DNA of 64,000 nucleotides, from NCBI GenBank assembly GCA_016200255.1, contig JACQFA010000002.1:3807-67806 (forward strand), read 5' to 3'. A program made the position numbers and the translations under genes. The stretch is from Nitrospirota bacterium. GTDB taxonomy: Bacteria; Nitrospirota; Nitrospiria; JACQBZ01. The notes below the pieces were generated by a model. The model had not been told where the DNA came from and ran no database searches. It worked only from the letters and a program-made list of their open reading frames with translations. Position 1 is the first letter of the stretch, and every line of letters begins with the position of its first letter. Shown piece after piece: positions 1-8,355 of the stretch.

Positions 1-309
1 CGAACCCACCACGAATTTCTGTTCATCGAGGTCGGCGATGCGCCGGGACCGCCGACCGGACATCGGATCGGGCTTTATCACATCGGGATCAAGATCGGGG
101 ATTCGCTGGATGAGTTGCGTGCGGCCGTGAAGGAGCTGGAGAAGGCCGGCCTGACGATCACCGGCGCAAGCGATCATACCGTCAGCCAGAGTCTTTATCT
201 GCTTGACCCGGATGGCAACGAGGTCGAGCTCTACGTCGATGCCGACCCGTCCATCTGGGAAAAGAATCCCGCCGCCGTGCTTTCGCCCATCAAGCCGCTG
301 AGACTTTAG
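1..309 (+). CDS. VOC/glyoxalase-family (extradiol-dioxygenase-like) protein, C-terminal part; the gene starts upstream of the window
   Basis: Frame 1 is open from nt 1 (RTHHEFLFIEVGDAPGPPTGHRIGLYHIGIKIGD...) and runs into the listed ORF 115..309 (..GASDHTVSQSLYLLDPDGNEVELYVD..). This is the typical VOC-fold pattern. The listed start at 115 is only a TTG inside the longer frame. Confidence 0.7.
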   Translation, partial: RTHHEFLFIEVGDAPGPPTGHRIGLYHIGIKIGDSLDELRAAVKELEKAGLTITGASDHTVSQSLYLLDPDGNEVELYVDADPSIWEKNPAAVLSPIKPLRL

Positions 310-372
310 CGCCTAACGATTACAATCAAAGCAACAACACGTTTGCCGTCGGCTCCAGCGATCTGTCGGGCA

Positions 373-726
373 TTATTTCTTCAAATCCGTATCATCAAGA
401 TGAAAGTGATGAAGCATCCGATGCAGGATGGGTGAGAGGACGAGTCCCATGACGGCAATAAACATAAGCCCGCTAAAAAGCGCATATCCTGACGCAAAAA
501 CTTTTGCGCTTCTCGACGTCAGCGGATCGACAGGACCCATTCCCCCGAGTATCATGGAGGCATTCAGAAGCGCATCAATCCAACCCAGTCCGGCGATCCA
601 ATGGTAGCCGGCCACCCCGATGAACAAAGCCCCAAAGACCAGAATGCCGGACAGTGTAAAACAGAGCAGGACTCTTCTTTGGAAGACTGAGATGGGAGCG
701 AGTTTTTCATGCTTCCGCTCAAACAT
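373..726 (-). CDS. small 2-TM membrane protein with a K+-channel-like pore-loop region (degenerate filter)
   Basis: The listed ORF 373..753 begins at a TTG; the first ATG is at 726 (MFERKHEK..). Two hydrophobic helices flank 'WIDALLNASMILGGMGPVDPLT'. Confidence 0.5.
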   Translation of the reverse strand: MFERKHEKLAPISVFQRRVLLCFTLSGILVFGALFIGVAGYHWIAGLGWIDALLNASMILGGMGPVDPLTSRSAKVFASGYALFSGLMFIAVMGLVLSPILHRMLHHFHLDDTDLKK

Positions 727-835
727 GTTGATCTCGTATATTATGATACCCAAGACCCCAAGCCGCGCCGCCGCGTTGCGCTCACCGCGGGCGTCGCCGG
801 CCCGAGGCTAAGGAAAAAGTCGAAAGGAGGGATAA

Positions 836-1132
836 TTAATAACGCCGACCGCCGCCGGATCCTCCTCGTCCTCCTCCGCCCCCTCGTTCTTCGCGTGGAC
901 GGGCTTCATTGACGTTGATCGCCTTGCCTTTCAGATCTTTCCCATTCGTGCCCTCGATCGCCGCCTGGGCTTCCGAAGCGGTGGGCATCTCCACAAACCC
1001 GAAACCCCTTGATGCTCCCGTAAACTTGTCCTTGATCACCGTGGCCGATTCGACTTTCCCGAACGCCGCGAAGGCTTGACGCAAATCATCATCCGTGACC
1101 TCGTGGGACAGATTTCCCGCAAAAATTTTCAT
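836..1132 (-). CDS. RRM-type RNA-binding protein with Gly/Arg-rich C-terminal tail
   Basis: RNP2 'KIFAGNL' and RNP1 'RGFGFVEM' are present, with tail 'ERGGGGGRGGSGGGRRY'. The ATG at 1132 is preceded by AAGGAG. The 39-codon extension to 1249 has no RRM-like sequence. Confidence 0.85.
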   Translation of the reverse strand: MKIFAGNLSHEVTDDDLRQAFAAFGKVESATVIKDKFTGASRGFGFVEMPTASEAQAAIEGTNGKDLKGKAINVNEARPREERGGGGGRGGSGGGRRY

Positions 1133-1262
1133 TCGATGCTCCTTTCCTATCCATGTGTGGTTAATGACGACCAGCGCCGAGCCGCCGAGACAGCGACTCG
1201 ACCCCATGGCCATGGCGGACGTTTCTCCGATGGGGTGACTATAAAGCAAACCGCTTAATCAG

Positions 1263-2264
1263 TCAATCCGTCCCCGGCCGGGTCGGGTACGGAATCAGTA
1301 CGGTTGATCCGGTCGTTTTCCGGGCTTCGAGATCGGCATGCGCCTTTGAGGCGTCCTGAAGCGGATAGGTCCGGCCGATCTCGATCTTCATGCCGTCGTG
1401 AAGCACCGCGTCGAACAGCGCCGAGGCGCTTGCCAGAAGATCTTCGCGCTTCGCGGTGTAATGCATCGGGGTCGGGCGGGTCAGGAACAACGACCCCTTG
1501 GTTGAAAGGATCGTAATGTCCAGCGGCGGGACCATCCCGGACGACTGGCCAAAACTGACCAGCAGGCCCCGGGGTCTCAGACAATCAAGCGAGCGCAAGA
1601 AGGTGTCCTTGCCGACCGAGTCGTATACGACCGGGACGCCCTCGCCGTGCGTGATCTCGCGGACGCGCGCGACAAAATCCTCCTCGCCCGTCACGATCAC
1701 ATGATCACAGTCATGCGCCGCCGCGAGCGCCGCCTTCTTCCGACTACCGACCGTGCCGATCACGGTTGCGCCGAGCCGTTTCGCCCACTGGCAGGCGATC
1801 ATCCCCACGCCGCCGGCCGCGGCATGAAATAAAATCGTGTCTCCGGGCTTGACGGAAAAAGTCCGGCGGAGAAGATACTCGGCCGTCATGCCCTTTAACA
1901 TCATCGCGGCGGCCTGTGGGTCCGAGATGCCGTCCGGAAGTTTCACGAGGCGGTGTGCGGGCATCACCCGCGCCTCGCTGTAGGCGCCCGTCGGTCCGCC
2001 GGCATAGGCCACACGATCACCCGCCGCCACCTCGGTCACGCCGGGTCCGACCGCCTCGACCCGACCGGCCGCCTCCGATCCGATCCCGGACGGAAGCGAC
2101 GGGAGGGGATAGAGCCCGCGGCGGTGGTAGACATCGATGAAGTTCAGGCCGATCGCGGTCTGACGCACAAGTGCTTCACCCGGACCGGGTGCGGTCAGGG
2201 AAATCTCCTTCCATTGAAGGACCTCCGGCCCGCCATATTGATCGATCATCATCGCCCGGGTCAT
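1263..2264 (-). CDS. qor: NADPH:quinone oxidoreductase (zeta-crystallin / MDR family)
   Basis: 333 aa, colinear with E. coli Qor as I recall it ('GGPEVL', 'GLNFIDVYHRRGLYPLPSLPSGIGSEAAG', 'HAAAGGVGMIACQWAK', 'VVYDSVGKDTFLRSLDCLRPRGLLVSFG'). Confidence 0.9.
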   Translation of the reverse strand: MTRAMMIDQYGGPEVLQWKEISLTAPGPGEALVRQTAIGLNFIDVYHRRGLYPLPSLPSGIGSEAAGRVEAVGPGVTEVAAGDRVAYAGGPTGAYSEARVMPAHRLVKLPDGISDPQAAAMMLKGMTAEYLLRRTFSVKPGDTILFHAAAGGVGMIACQWAKRLGATVIGTVGSRKKAALAAAHDCDHVIVTGEEDFVARVREITHGEGVPVVYDSVGKDTFLRSLDCLRPRGLLVSFGQSSGMVPPLDITILSTKGSLFLTRPTPMHYTAKREDLLASASALFDAVLHDGMKIEIGRTYPLQDASKAHADLEARKTTGSTVLIPYPTRPGTD

Positions 2265-2274
2265 TATCCCCCCC

Positions 2275-3218
2275 TCAATCGCTGATGCGAATCATGATCT
2301 TTCCTCTCGCGTGCCCCGTTTCGCTTAAGGCATGCGCCTCGGCCGTTTTCGAAAGCGGGAAAGTTCTATCGATCATCGGATGGATCTTCCCGGCTTCGAT
2401 CCATTCCGTGAGAAGCTCGAGGTCCGATGTCCGTGCACGGAGGTTGACCAGACGGGCCCGTTTTCCGCCCACGATCGAACCGATGACGATTCGTAGAATC
2501 GTATCCAGGCTGGAAGGGTGGAGATGTAGACGCCTTTGGGACTCAGCAGAGGTTTGCATTCGGTGAATGAACGGCTTGCGACGGGGTCGAAAATAATATC
2601 AAAGGATGAATCGGATTTCGTAAAATCCTCCGCGCTGTAATCGATGACGCAGCCCGCTCCCAGACCCTTCACGAAATCCATGTTCTTTCGGCTGGTCACG
2701 GCCGTTACCTTTGCTCCGAAGCTCTTCGCGAGCTGGACCGCGAAGGAGCCGACGCCGCCGGAGGCGCCATTGATCAACACGCGGTCGCCCCGCTTGATCC
2801 GGCCGTGATCGCGCATCGCCTGAAGCGCCGTCATTGCGGCCACCGGAACGACAGCCGCCTCTTCGAAAGTCAGGTTACGGGGTTTGATCGCCGCGTTCCG
2901 CTCCGGGACGGCGGCGTACTCGGCGCAGCCCCCGCCGGAAAAAGCAGAGAGCAGGCCGAAGACGGCATCTCCGGTTTTAAATCGGCTCACGGCGTTTCCG
3001 ACCCGCACCACCTCGCCCGCGATGTCCAACCCCGGAATCCTTGGCAGCCTTAGGAAGGGGATCCGGGGCTTGCCGCTTCGAAACTTCCAGTCCACCGGAT
3101 TGACCGAAGCGGCATGAACCTTGACCAGGATCTGACGCGATGTTATTTCAGGCTCCGGGACCTCTCCGTACTCCAGGACTTCCGGCGGTCCGTAGCGACG
3201 ATAGAGAACAGCCTTCAT
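2275..3218 (-). pseudogene. second MDR-family NAD(P)H quinone oxidoreductase, interrupted by a 1-nt frameshift near 2512-2522
   Basis: ORF 2373..3218 carries the N-terminal and Rossmann parts ('GASGGVGSFAVQLAK') up to '..PKGVYISTLP'. The conserved C-terminal part ('SLDTILRIVIGSIVGGKRARLV..LTEWIEAGKIHPMIDRTFPLSKTAEAHALSETGHARGKIMI') continues in another frame as ORF 2275..2559. The frame switch lies in the run ..ccaccccttcc.. read on the minus strand. Confidence 0.75.
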
Positions 3219-3367
3219 CGTCTATCCTGCTGAATGTCAGTGCGGTTGGCTTTCGTGCAGCCGTTATCTCGGTCTCAGAGGGCAGCCTATCAGAACGATG
3301 GCGTTGAGTCAATCCGCCAGCGGGTCCAGAACAAAAACTTTAAAGGAATCGCCTTTCAAACTGGATT

Positions 3368-3790
3368 CTATTTAATCAAGAGGGCCGCGACGATCCCGAC
3401 GATATTCATCTTGATCAGCCAGCTCCAGAAATTGGCCCGGGCAAGGGGACGCACCTTATCGAACCAGATGCCGTTGCCGATCGAGGCGACCGCGGCCGAC
3501 GGCAGCCAGAGGATCGTGCCGAACTCCATTCCCCCCATCACACCGCTGGCCCAGAGGTGTTCATGAAGACGCACATAGATCAGCACAAACGCGATCCCGA
3601 AGACCAGCGTGTTCAGTGCCGACTTGGCCAGCATCGGGCCCATATGGGCTTTCATTTTCTCTTTGTCACGGTAGGGCAGAGAGGTCAGCTCGGCGAATCC
3701 TTCCGTAAAAACGTAAGTCCATAAGATAAAATCCACGAAATACGCCACGACCGCCGTTAAGACACCCACCCCGATGATCGTCCAGAACAT
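3368..3790 (-). CDS. integral membrane protein (about 4 TM, possibly DUF1761-like)
   Basis: 140-aa ORF with four hydrophobic segments. It is co-directional and closely spaced with the neighbouring redox genes. The family call is tentative. Confidence 0.6.
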   Translation of the reverse strand: MFWTIIGVGVLTAVVAYFVDFILWTYVFTEGFAELTSLPYRDKEKMKAHMGPMLAKSALNTLVFGIAFVLIYVRLHEHLWASGVMGGMEFGTILWLPSAAVASIGNGIWFDKVRPLARANFWSWLIKMNIVGIVAALLIK

Positions 3791-3834
3791 GGGCCCCTCC
3801 TTTCTGAATGATCAGACCACTGCTCTTTAAAAAC

Positions 3835-4719
3835 CTAGCCGTGATAGACGGCCGCAAACTGTTTTGCAAACTGCTCAATCGAGGTCGGCGTCGTGTTCTT
3901 CGCCGATCGTTTTTCGGTCGGTCTCACAATGCCGTCGTTGAAGGCGCGGGTCATCTCGATATACGCCTGCGTGACACTGGGCGATAACCCCATCCCGATC
4001 ATCGCCTTCTCGGCCTCTTCATAAGGGAACTGAACGTATTTGAGATCCGGTTTTCCGATCGACTTTCCGAGGACCCGGGTGACATCGGCCATCGTGATAT
4101 CCCGCTGTCCCAGCAGCTCCTGCACGGACTTTCCGGCAAATTTCAGATCCAGCAGCAGCCGGACGGCCTCGGCCGCGATGTCCTGCGTCGCGATCAATGG
4201 CATCGGCAGATCGGCTTTGAGGGCGCTCCCGTTGATCCCCATTTTTTTGATCAGGTCGATATTCCAGTAGAGGTTTTCCATAAAATAGCCGGGGCGAAGA
4301 TGAACCACCTGGGTCTCTTTTAATTTGTTCAACCGCCGCTCCTGATCACAAAGTCCATTGCCCGGCCCGACCTTCTCGGAAAGATGCCCGCCCACGCTGC
4401 TCAAATTGACGACATGTTGAACGCGCGCATTCGCAATCGCTGTTGCGAGCGCTTCACCGATCTTATTTTGATAGTCACGCAGATTCGTCGCGGTCGGATT
4501 CGGAGGGATGATGGCATAGACCGCCTTCGTTCCCGTAAAGGCGCGGGTCAGGGCCGCGGCGTCGTCCAGTGACCCGGCAAACGGTTCGGCGCCTTTGTCG
4601 ACGAGCGGCTTGAGTCGCGCGGCGTCCCGCCCGATCACCCGGACTTTTTTCCCTTTGGACAGCAAGGCCTCCGCGATTAATTTTCCGGTGTTTCCTGTGG
4701 CTCCTGTAATAGCGTACAC
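3835..4719 (-). CDS. NmrA-like / NAD(P)H-binding SDR-type protein
   Basis: N-terminal 'MYAITGATGNTGKLIAEALLSKGKKVRVIGR' is a Rossmann GxxGxxG motif. The 294-aa length is typical of the NmrA family. Confidence 0.8.
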   Translation of the reverse strand: MYAITGATGNTGKLIAEALLSKGKKVRVIGRDAARLKPLVDKGAEPFAGSLDDAAALTRAFTGTKAVYAIIPPNPTATNLRDYQNKIGEALATAIANARVQHVVNLSSVGGHLSEKVGPGNGLCDQERRLNKLKETQVVHLRPGYFMENLYWNIDLIKKMGINGSALKADLPMPLIATQDIAAEAVRLLLDLKFAGKSVQELLGQRDITMADVTRVLGKSIGKPDLKYVQFPYEEAEKAMIGMGLSPSVTQAYIEMTRAFNDGIVRPTEKRSAKNTTPTSIEQFAKQFAAVYHG

Positions 4720-4758
4720 GGGACCCTCCTTTTAAGATGAGTTCGTTGAAATCAAGGC

Positions 4759-5622
4759 TCAGGTCGTGACGAAGGTTCCCATGCGGAGTTCGTACAGCGT
4801 CTGCTTGATCTCGTCCTGTGTGTTCATCACGAACGGGCCGTACCGCGCGATGGGCTCGTGCAACGGTTTTCCGGAAACCAGCAAAAAGCGAACCGGGATC
4901 TCGCCCGTGGTCACCTTCAGATAATCGCCGTCGCCCAAGACCGCCAGTTTTGGACCGGAGATCAGTGTTCCCTTTTCCTTGTCATCCCCGTGAAAACGGG
5001 CCTCGCCTTCGAACAGATAGGCAAAGGCAGTATGGCCCCTTTTGATCGGTTGCTGGAATGAAGAATGGGACGGAACGAGGACATCCAGATAAATTGGAGC
5101 GGCCGCGATGTCGGTCACGGGACCCTTCACCTCGCCGACCGTTCCCGTGATCACCCGTATTCTTGCTCCATCCCTCATTTTGATTTCCGGGATCTCGCCC
5201 GAGCGGATGTCCTGGTAGCGCGGCGGAGTCATCTTGAGCTTCGCCGGCAGATTGACCCAGAGCTGGAACCCGGCGATCCCTTCCGGACGCACCTGCGGCA
5301 TTTCCTCGTGCATGATGCCGCGGCCGGCCGACATCCACTGAACGTCTCCGGCCCCGATGCTTCCGGAGTTGCCGAGGGTGTCGCGGTGGCGCACCTCCCC
5401 CTTCAGCACGTAGGTCACCGTTTCGATCCCCCGGTGGGGATGGAGCGGAAACCCGGCCTCGTAATCACGCGGATCGTCGGAGGCAAAGTGGTCCAGCAAC
5501 AGGAAGGGGTCCAGGTAGTCCAGTTCCCGCGTCGCGATGCTTCGTTTGAGCCGGACCCCGGCCCCTTCAATGACGGCCTGCGGTTCGATGATCGTTTCAA
5601 TTTTTCGAGGCAATAATTTCAT
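4759..5622 (-). CDS. pirin family protein (bicupin, quercetinase-like)
   Basis: The 'HPHRGIETVTYVLKGEVRHRDTLGN' cupin metal motif is present. The 287-aa two-cupin length fits pirin. Confidence 0.9.
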   Translation of the reverse strand: MKLLPRKIETIIEPQAVIEGAGVRLKRSIATRELDYLDPFLLLDHFASDDPRDYEAGFPLHPHRGIETVTYVLKGEVRHRDTLGNSGSIGAGDVQWMSAGRGIMHEEMPQVRPEGIAGFQLWVNLPAKLKMTPPRYQDIRSGEIPEIKMRDGARIRVITGTVGEVKGPVTDIAAAPIYLDVLVPSHSSFQQPIKRGHTAFAYLFEGEARFHGDDKEKGTLISGPKLAVLGDGDYLKVTTGEIPVRFLLVSGKPLHEPIARYGPFVMNTQDEIKQTLYELRMGTFVTT

Positions 5623-5703
5623 GGCAACCTCCTTTAAGGATTAATTGTTCTCTGTCACCTCCGCGAGTTTGATTCCGGCGCAGGCGCCGAGCAGTACAAG
5701 GAC

Positions 5704-6258
5704 TCATTTGACGTTCACGAATGCGGCGAAGCCGGACATGAACTCCGACAGGAGCTTCTTGATCGTCTCGTCGACGAGCTTGCCCTCGGGGTCGAACGAC
5801 TGTCCCGCTCCCGCGACATAGAGTTGCTCGCCGAACCACGCGCGCGTGCCCAGGGTCCGGAGCACGGGAAGCCAAGCGTTCTGCGCCAGGCGCGTTCCAC
5901 CGCGTCCGGGTGTCGCGCCCATGATCGCCACGGGTTTGTCGCCGAACACCCGCGGGATGTCCTTGGCCGGTCGCGAGAGCCAGTCGATCGCGTTCTTAAG
6001 GACACCGGGCATCGAGTTGTTGTACTCGGGCGTGACGAGCAGGAGACCGTCTGCTCCCGCGATCCTGTCCTTCAGCTTCGTCACGGACTCCGGGATCCCT
6101 TGTTCGCGCTCGAGATCACCGTTGTAGAGCGGAATCCCCGTGATCGGCGCGATCTCAACCTCCGTGCCCGCGGGGGCGAACTCCGCGGCGGCCCGGAGGA
6201 GCGCCGCGTTGTAGGAGCCTTTTCGAAGACTGCCGCTGATGCCGATGATTCTTGCCAT
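5704..6258 (-). CDS. NADPH-dependent FMN reductase
   Basis: 'MARIIGISGSLRKGSYNAALLRAA' and 'LLLVTPEYNNSMPGVLKNAIDWLS' match the family. The ATG at 6258 is preceded by GAGGAG. The listed 6291 start adds 11 unsupported codons. Confidence 0.85.
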   Translation of the reverse strand: MARIIGISGSLRKGSYNAALLRAAAEFAPAGTEVEIAPITGIPLYNGDLEREQGIPESVTKLKDRIAGADGLLLVTPEYNNSMPGVLKNAIDWLSRPAKDIPRVFGDKPVAIMGATPGRGGTRLAQNAWLPVLRTLGTRAWFGEQLYVAGAGQSFDPEGKLVDETIKKLLSEFMSGFAAFVNVK

Positions 6259-6360
6259 GGTCTCGACTCCTCTGGAGCTCTCACTGCGCAAGGTAGCCCC
6301 AGTCGACCGCGTAGTACCCGCCCGTTACGAACGTAAATTTGTTCTCCAACTTATCTACGC

Positions 6361-6750
6361 CTATTCAATCTCGATCTTTATCGAATCTCCGTCTATCTTG
6401 ACCGGATATGTTTTTATATCACATGTCTTAATGTGCGACATGAGCATGCCGACGTGCTGCAAGGATTTACCGATACCCTCTGGAATGACTTCATCACCTA
6501 AATTCGGAGGGACCGGCCCGCTTAACGCCTCGCCTGAGGTGATATCAAACTGGGCATGGTGCATCGGGCAGGTTAAAATGTAGCCTTCTAAAGTTCCCAG
6601 ATCCAGCGGGGCATTCATGTGACCGCATCTTCTGTCGATCGCGTAAATCTTCCCAGCATCGTTGCAAACCACAATCTCCCTGCCATTCACCTCAGCGGCT
6701 TTTAACCCACCGGGGGCGATTTCATTCACCTTGGCCACGTCAACAAGCAT
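6361..6750 (-). CDS. Rieske [2Fe-2S] domain protein (small, ferredoxin-type) with C-terminal extension
   Basis: Ligand pattern CxH-x16-CxxH in 'RCGHMNAPLDLGTLEGYILTCPMHH'. The start lies 1 nt after the upstream gene's stop. Confidence 0.85.
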   Translation of the reverse strand: MLVDVAKVNEIAPGGLKAAEVNGREIVVCNDAGKIYAIDRRCGHMNAPLDLGTLEGYILTCPMHHAQFDITSGEALSGPVPPNLGDEVIPEGIGKSLQHVGMLMSHIKTCDIKTYPVKIDGDSIKIEIE

Positions 6751-6751
6751 G

Positions 6752-7087
6752 TCAGCCGCCTTTTATCTCAGTCATCGGGATCTGTTTGAGTTCGTCAGGG
6801 TTCGTCACATCTTTGTGCACATAAAGTCCACACCAGCAGCGCTTCATGGCGTCAAAATGTTCCCGGTGAAAAGGGATGCAGGGGCAAACGATCTTCATGT
6901 TTTCTTCCCGTTTTTTCGTGAGCCCCTGACACGGGCAATACGGGATGCCATGCTTTTGTTCCAGTATGACTTCTTGGTCTAATAGAAAATCAACCAGCTC
7001 CTCATCCGGACTGAATTTGTACCCCAACGGATCGATGACTTTTTGAAAGAGGAATCTTAATGCCTTTTTTCTTGATTCGGCGTTCAT
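6752..7087 (-). CDS. ferredoxin-thioredoxin reductase catalytic-subunit-like protein (FTRc family, divergent)
   Basis: 'GIPYCPCQG..KIVCPCIPFHREHFDAMKRCWCGLYV' is the triple Cys-x-Cys signature of FTR catalytic chains. The region before the first CPC also resembles plant/cyanobacterial FTRc. There is a 4-nt start/stop overlap with the upstream gene. Confidence 0.75.
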   Translation of the reverse strand: MNAESRKKALRFLFQKVIDPLGYKFSPDEELVDFLLDQEVILEQKHGIPYCPCQGLTKKREENMKIVCPCIPFHREHFDAMKRCWCGLYVHKDVTNPDELKQIPMTEIKGG

Positions 7088-7347
7088 GCTACTGCGCCTT
7101 TCTTCAGCCCCAATACCTCCGAATATTTCTCCGGGTTATAGCCAACGATGACGCGCTCTCCGATCATGACCACGGGAAAAGACCCGGCGCCGCTGATTTT
7201 TAACATCTTTTCCATGATCTTCTCCTGCTCATCTTCCGGCCGAAGGTCATAATCGACATAATCAAAAGGAATGTTGTTGCTCTTGAAGAAATTTTTCGTC
7301 TTTCGACACCACGGGCAGGTACTGAGCGTATACATAAAGACCTTCAT
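7084..7347 (-). CDS. glutaredoxin-like / NrdH-like small redoxin
   Basis: 87 aa, with 'MYTLSTCPWCRKTKNFF' (CPWC active site directly after beta-1) and a thioredoxin-fold C-terminal 'GSFPVVMIGERVIVGYN'. Both neighbours overlap it by ATGA. Confidence 0.85.
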   Translation of the reverse strand: MKVFMYTLSTCPWCRKTKNFFKSNNIPFDYVDYDLRPEDEQEKIMEKMLKISGAGSFPVVMIGERVIVGYNPEKYSEVLGLKKGAVA

Positions 7348-7685
7348 GATCGGTCTCCTTCTTCAATGTTGATAAATATCCTTCCGTTCTCCAACCACCA
7401 TTGATACATCGGTATTCTAATTTCCTTCGCATCTAAAAACTCTCCGGTTCGGATATCATATCTCCAATCGTGGCAGGGGCATTGAAGGGTGTGGCCCTTT
7501 AACGATCCCCCCGCCAATCCACATCCCATGTGCGCGCACTGGTTCGATACGGCGTAGATCTGCCCGGCGCTTTTGATCAGAAGGATGGAGAGTCCCTTCG
7601 GGAAGACAAGGTTCACGCTGTTTTCCTGCAATTTCTTGTCCTCGATGACAAAAACCCACGAAGACCGGCCATTGACTGGATTCAT
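7344..7685 (-). CDS. Rieske [2Fe-2S] domain protein (small, ferredoxin-type)
   Basis: CxH-x16-CxxH pattern in 'QCAHMGCGLAGGSLKGHTLQCPCH'; 113 aa. Confidence 0.85.
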   Translation of the reverse strand: MNPVNGRSSWVFVIEDKKLQENSVNLVFPKGLSILLIKSAGQIYAVSNQCAHMGCGLAGGSLKGHTLQCPCHDWRYDIRTGEFLDAKEIRIPMYQWWLENGRIFINIEEGDRS

Positions 7686-7745
7686 CGTCCACGCTCCGGA
7701 TGCGGATCGTTAAAACGCCCTAACGGGATGGGGGTGAGCGGCTTG

Positions 7746-8306
7746 CTACTGCGCGAGCCCGATCTGCTTCATGAACGTGAGATTGTCCCAGAACAGATAC
7801 TCTTCATCCATCACGCCGTCCTTCCAATGTCCGACGGTGACCATCGTCAGCTTGAATGGTTTCCCCGTGGGCGGGATCGCCTTCCCCTCGGCCGTGGGCA
7901 TAGGCTTGGTGAAGGTTCCCTCCATCACCCCGATCACGCTCGTCCATTCACCCGAGCCGAACTTGACCGGATGGACCTCGATCCGGGTGTCCGGGGCGTA
8001 GATGAACATAGCTTTCAGGTCCTCGATGTGCTTGTCGATGCCGTGGGTCTGATGCCCGTCGGGCCAGTGCACGATGATGTCTTTGGAATGACTCTCGTGC
8101 AGTCGGTCCCACTTCTGGTGGGTGAAGACGTCGAAGTCCAGGGTGTCAAAGGTCACGATGTGTCCATTGACGGTCTGCTCCTCGGCTTCGTATCTCATCA
8201 GCTTCGGATTGTCAATCGTCGCGCAGGCCGTCAACCAAATAGCCGTCAATGCGATGAAAGCTGTGCCTCGTGCAAGCGTGTTCGTCGTCGTAATGCGACT
8301 GGACAT
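7746..8306 (-). CDS. lipoprotein, ester-cyclase / SnoaL-like fold (tentative)
   Basis: The ATG at 8306 is preceded by AAAGGAG. The signal peptide carries the lipobox 'WLTAC'. The mature part resembles SnoaL-like ester cyclases. The listed 8369 start adds 21 codons that belong to the repeat described below. Confidence 0.65.
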   Translation of the reverse strand: MSSRITTTNTLARGTAFIALTAIWLTACATIDNPKLMRYEAEEQTVNGHIVTFDTLDFDVFTHQKWDRLHESHSKDIIVHWPDGHQTHGIDKHIEDLKAMFIYAPDTRIEVHPVKFGSGEWTSVIGVMEGTFTKPMPTAEGKAIPPTGKPFKLTMVTVGHWKDGVMDEEYLFWDNLTFMKQIGLAQ

Positions 8307-8355
8307 GGTTAATCTCCTTTCTTTGCTCGAAGATCGGGCGGCGGAGTAAATGAGA

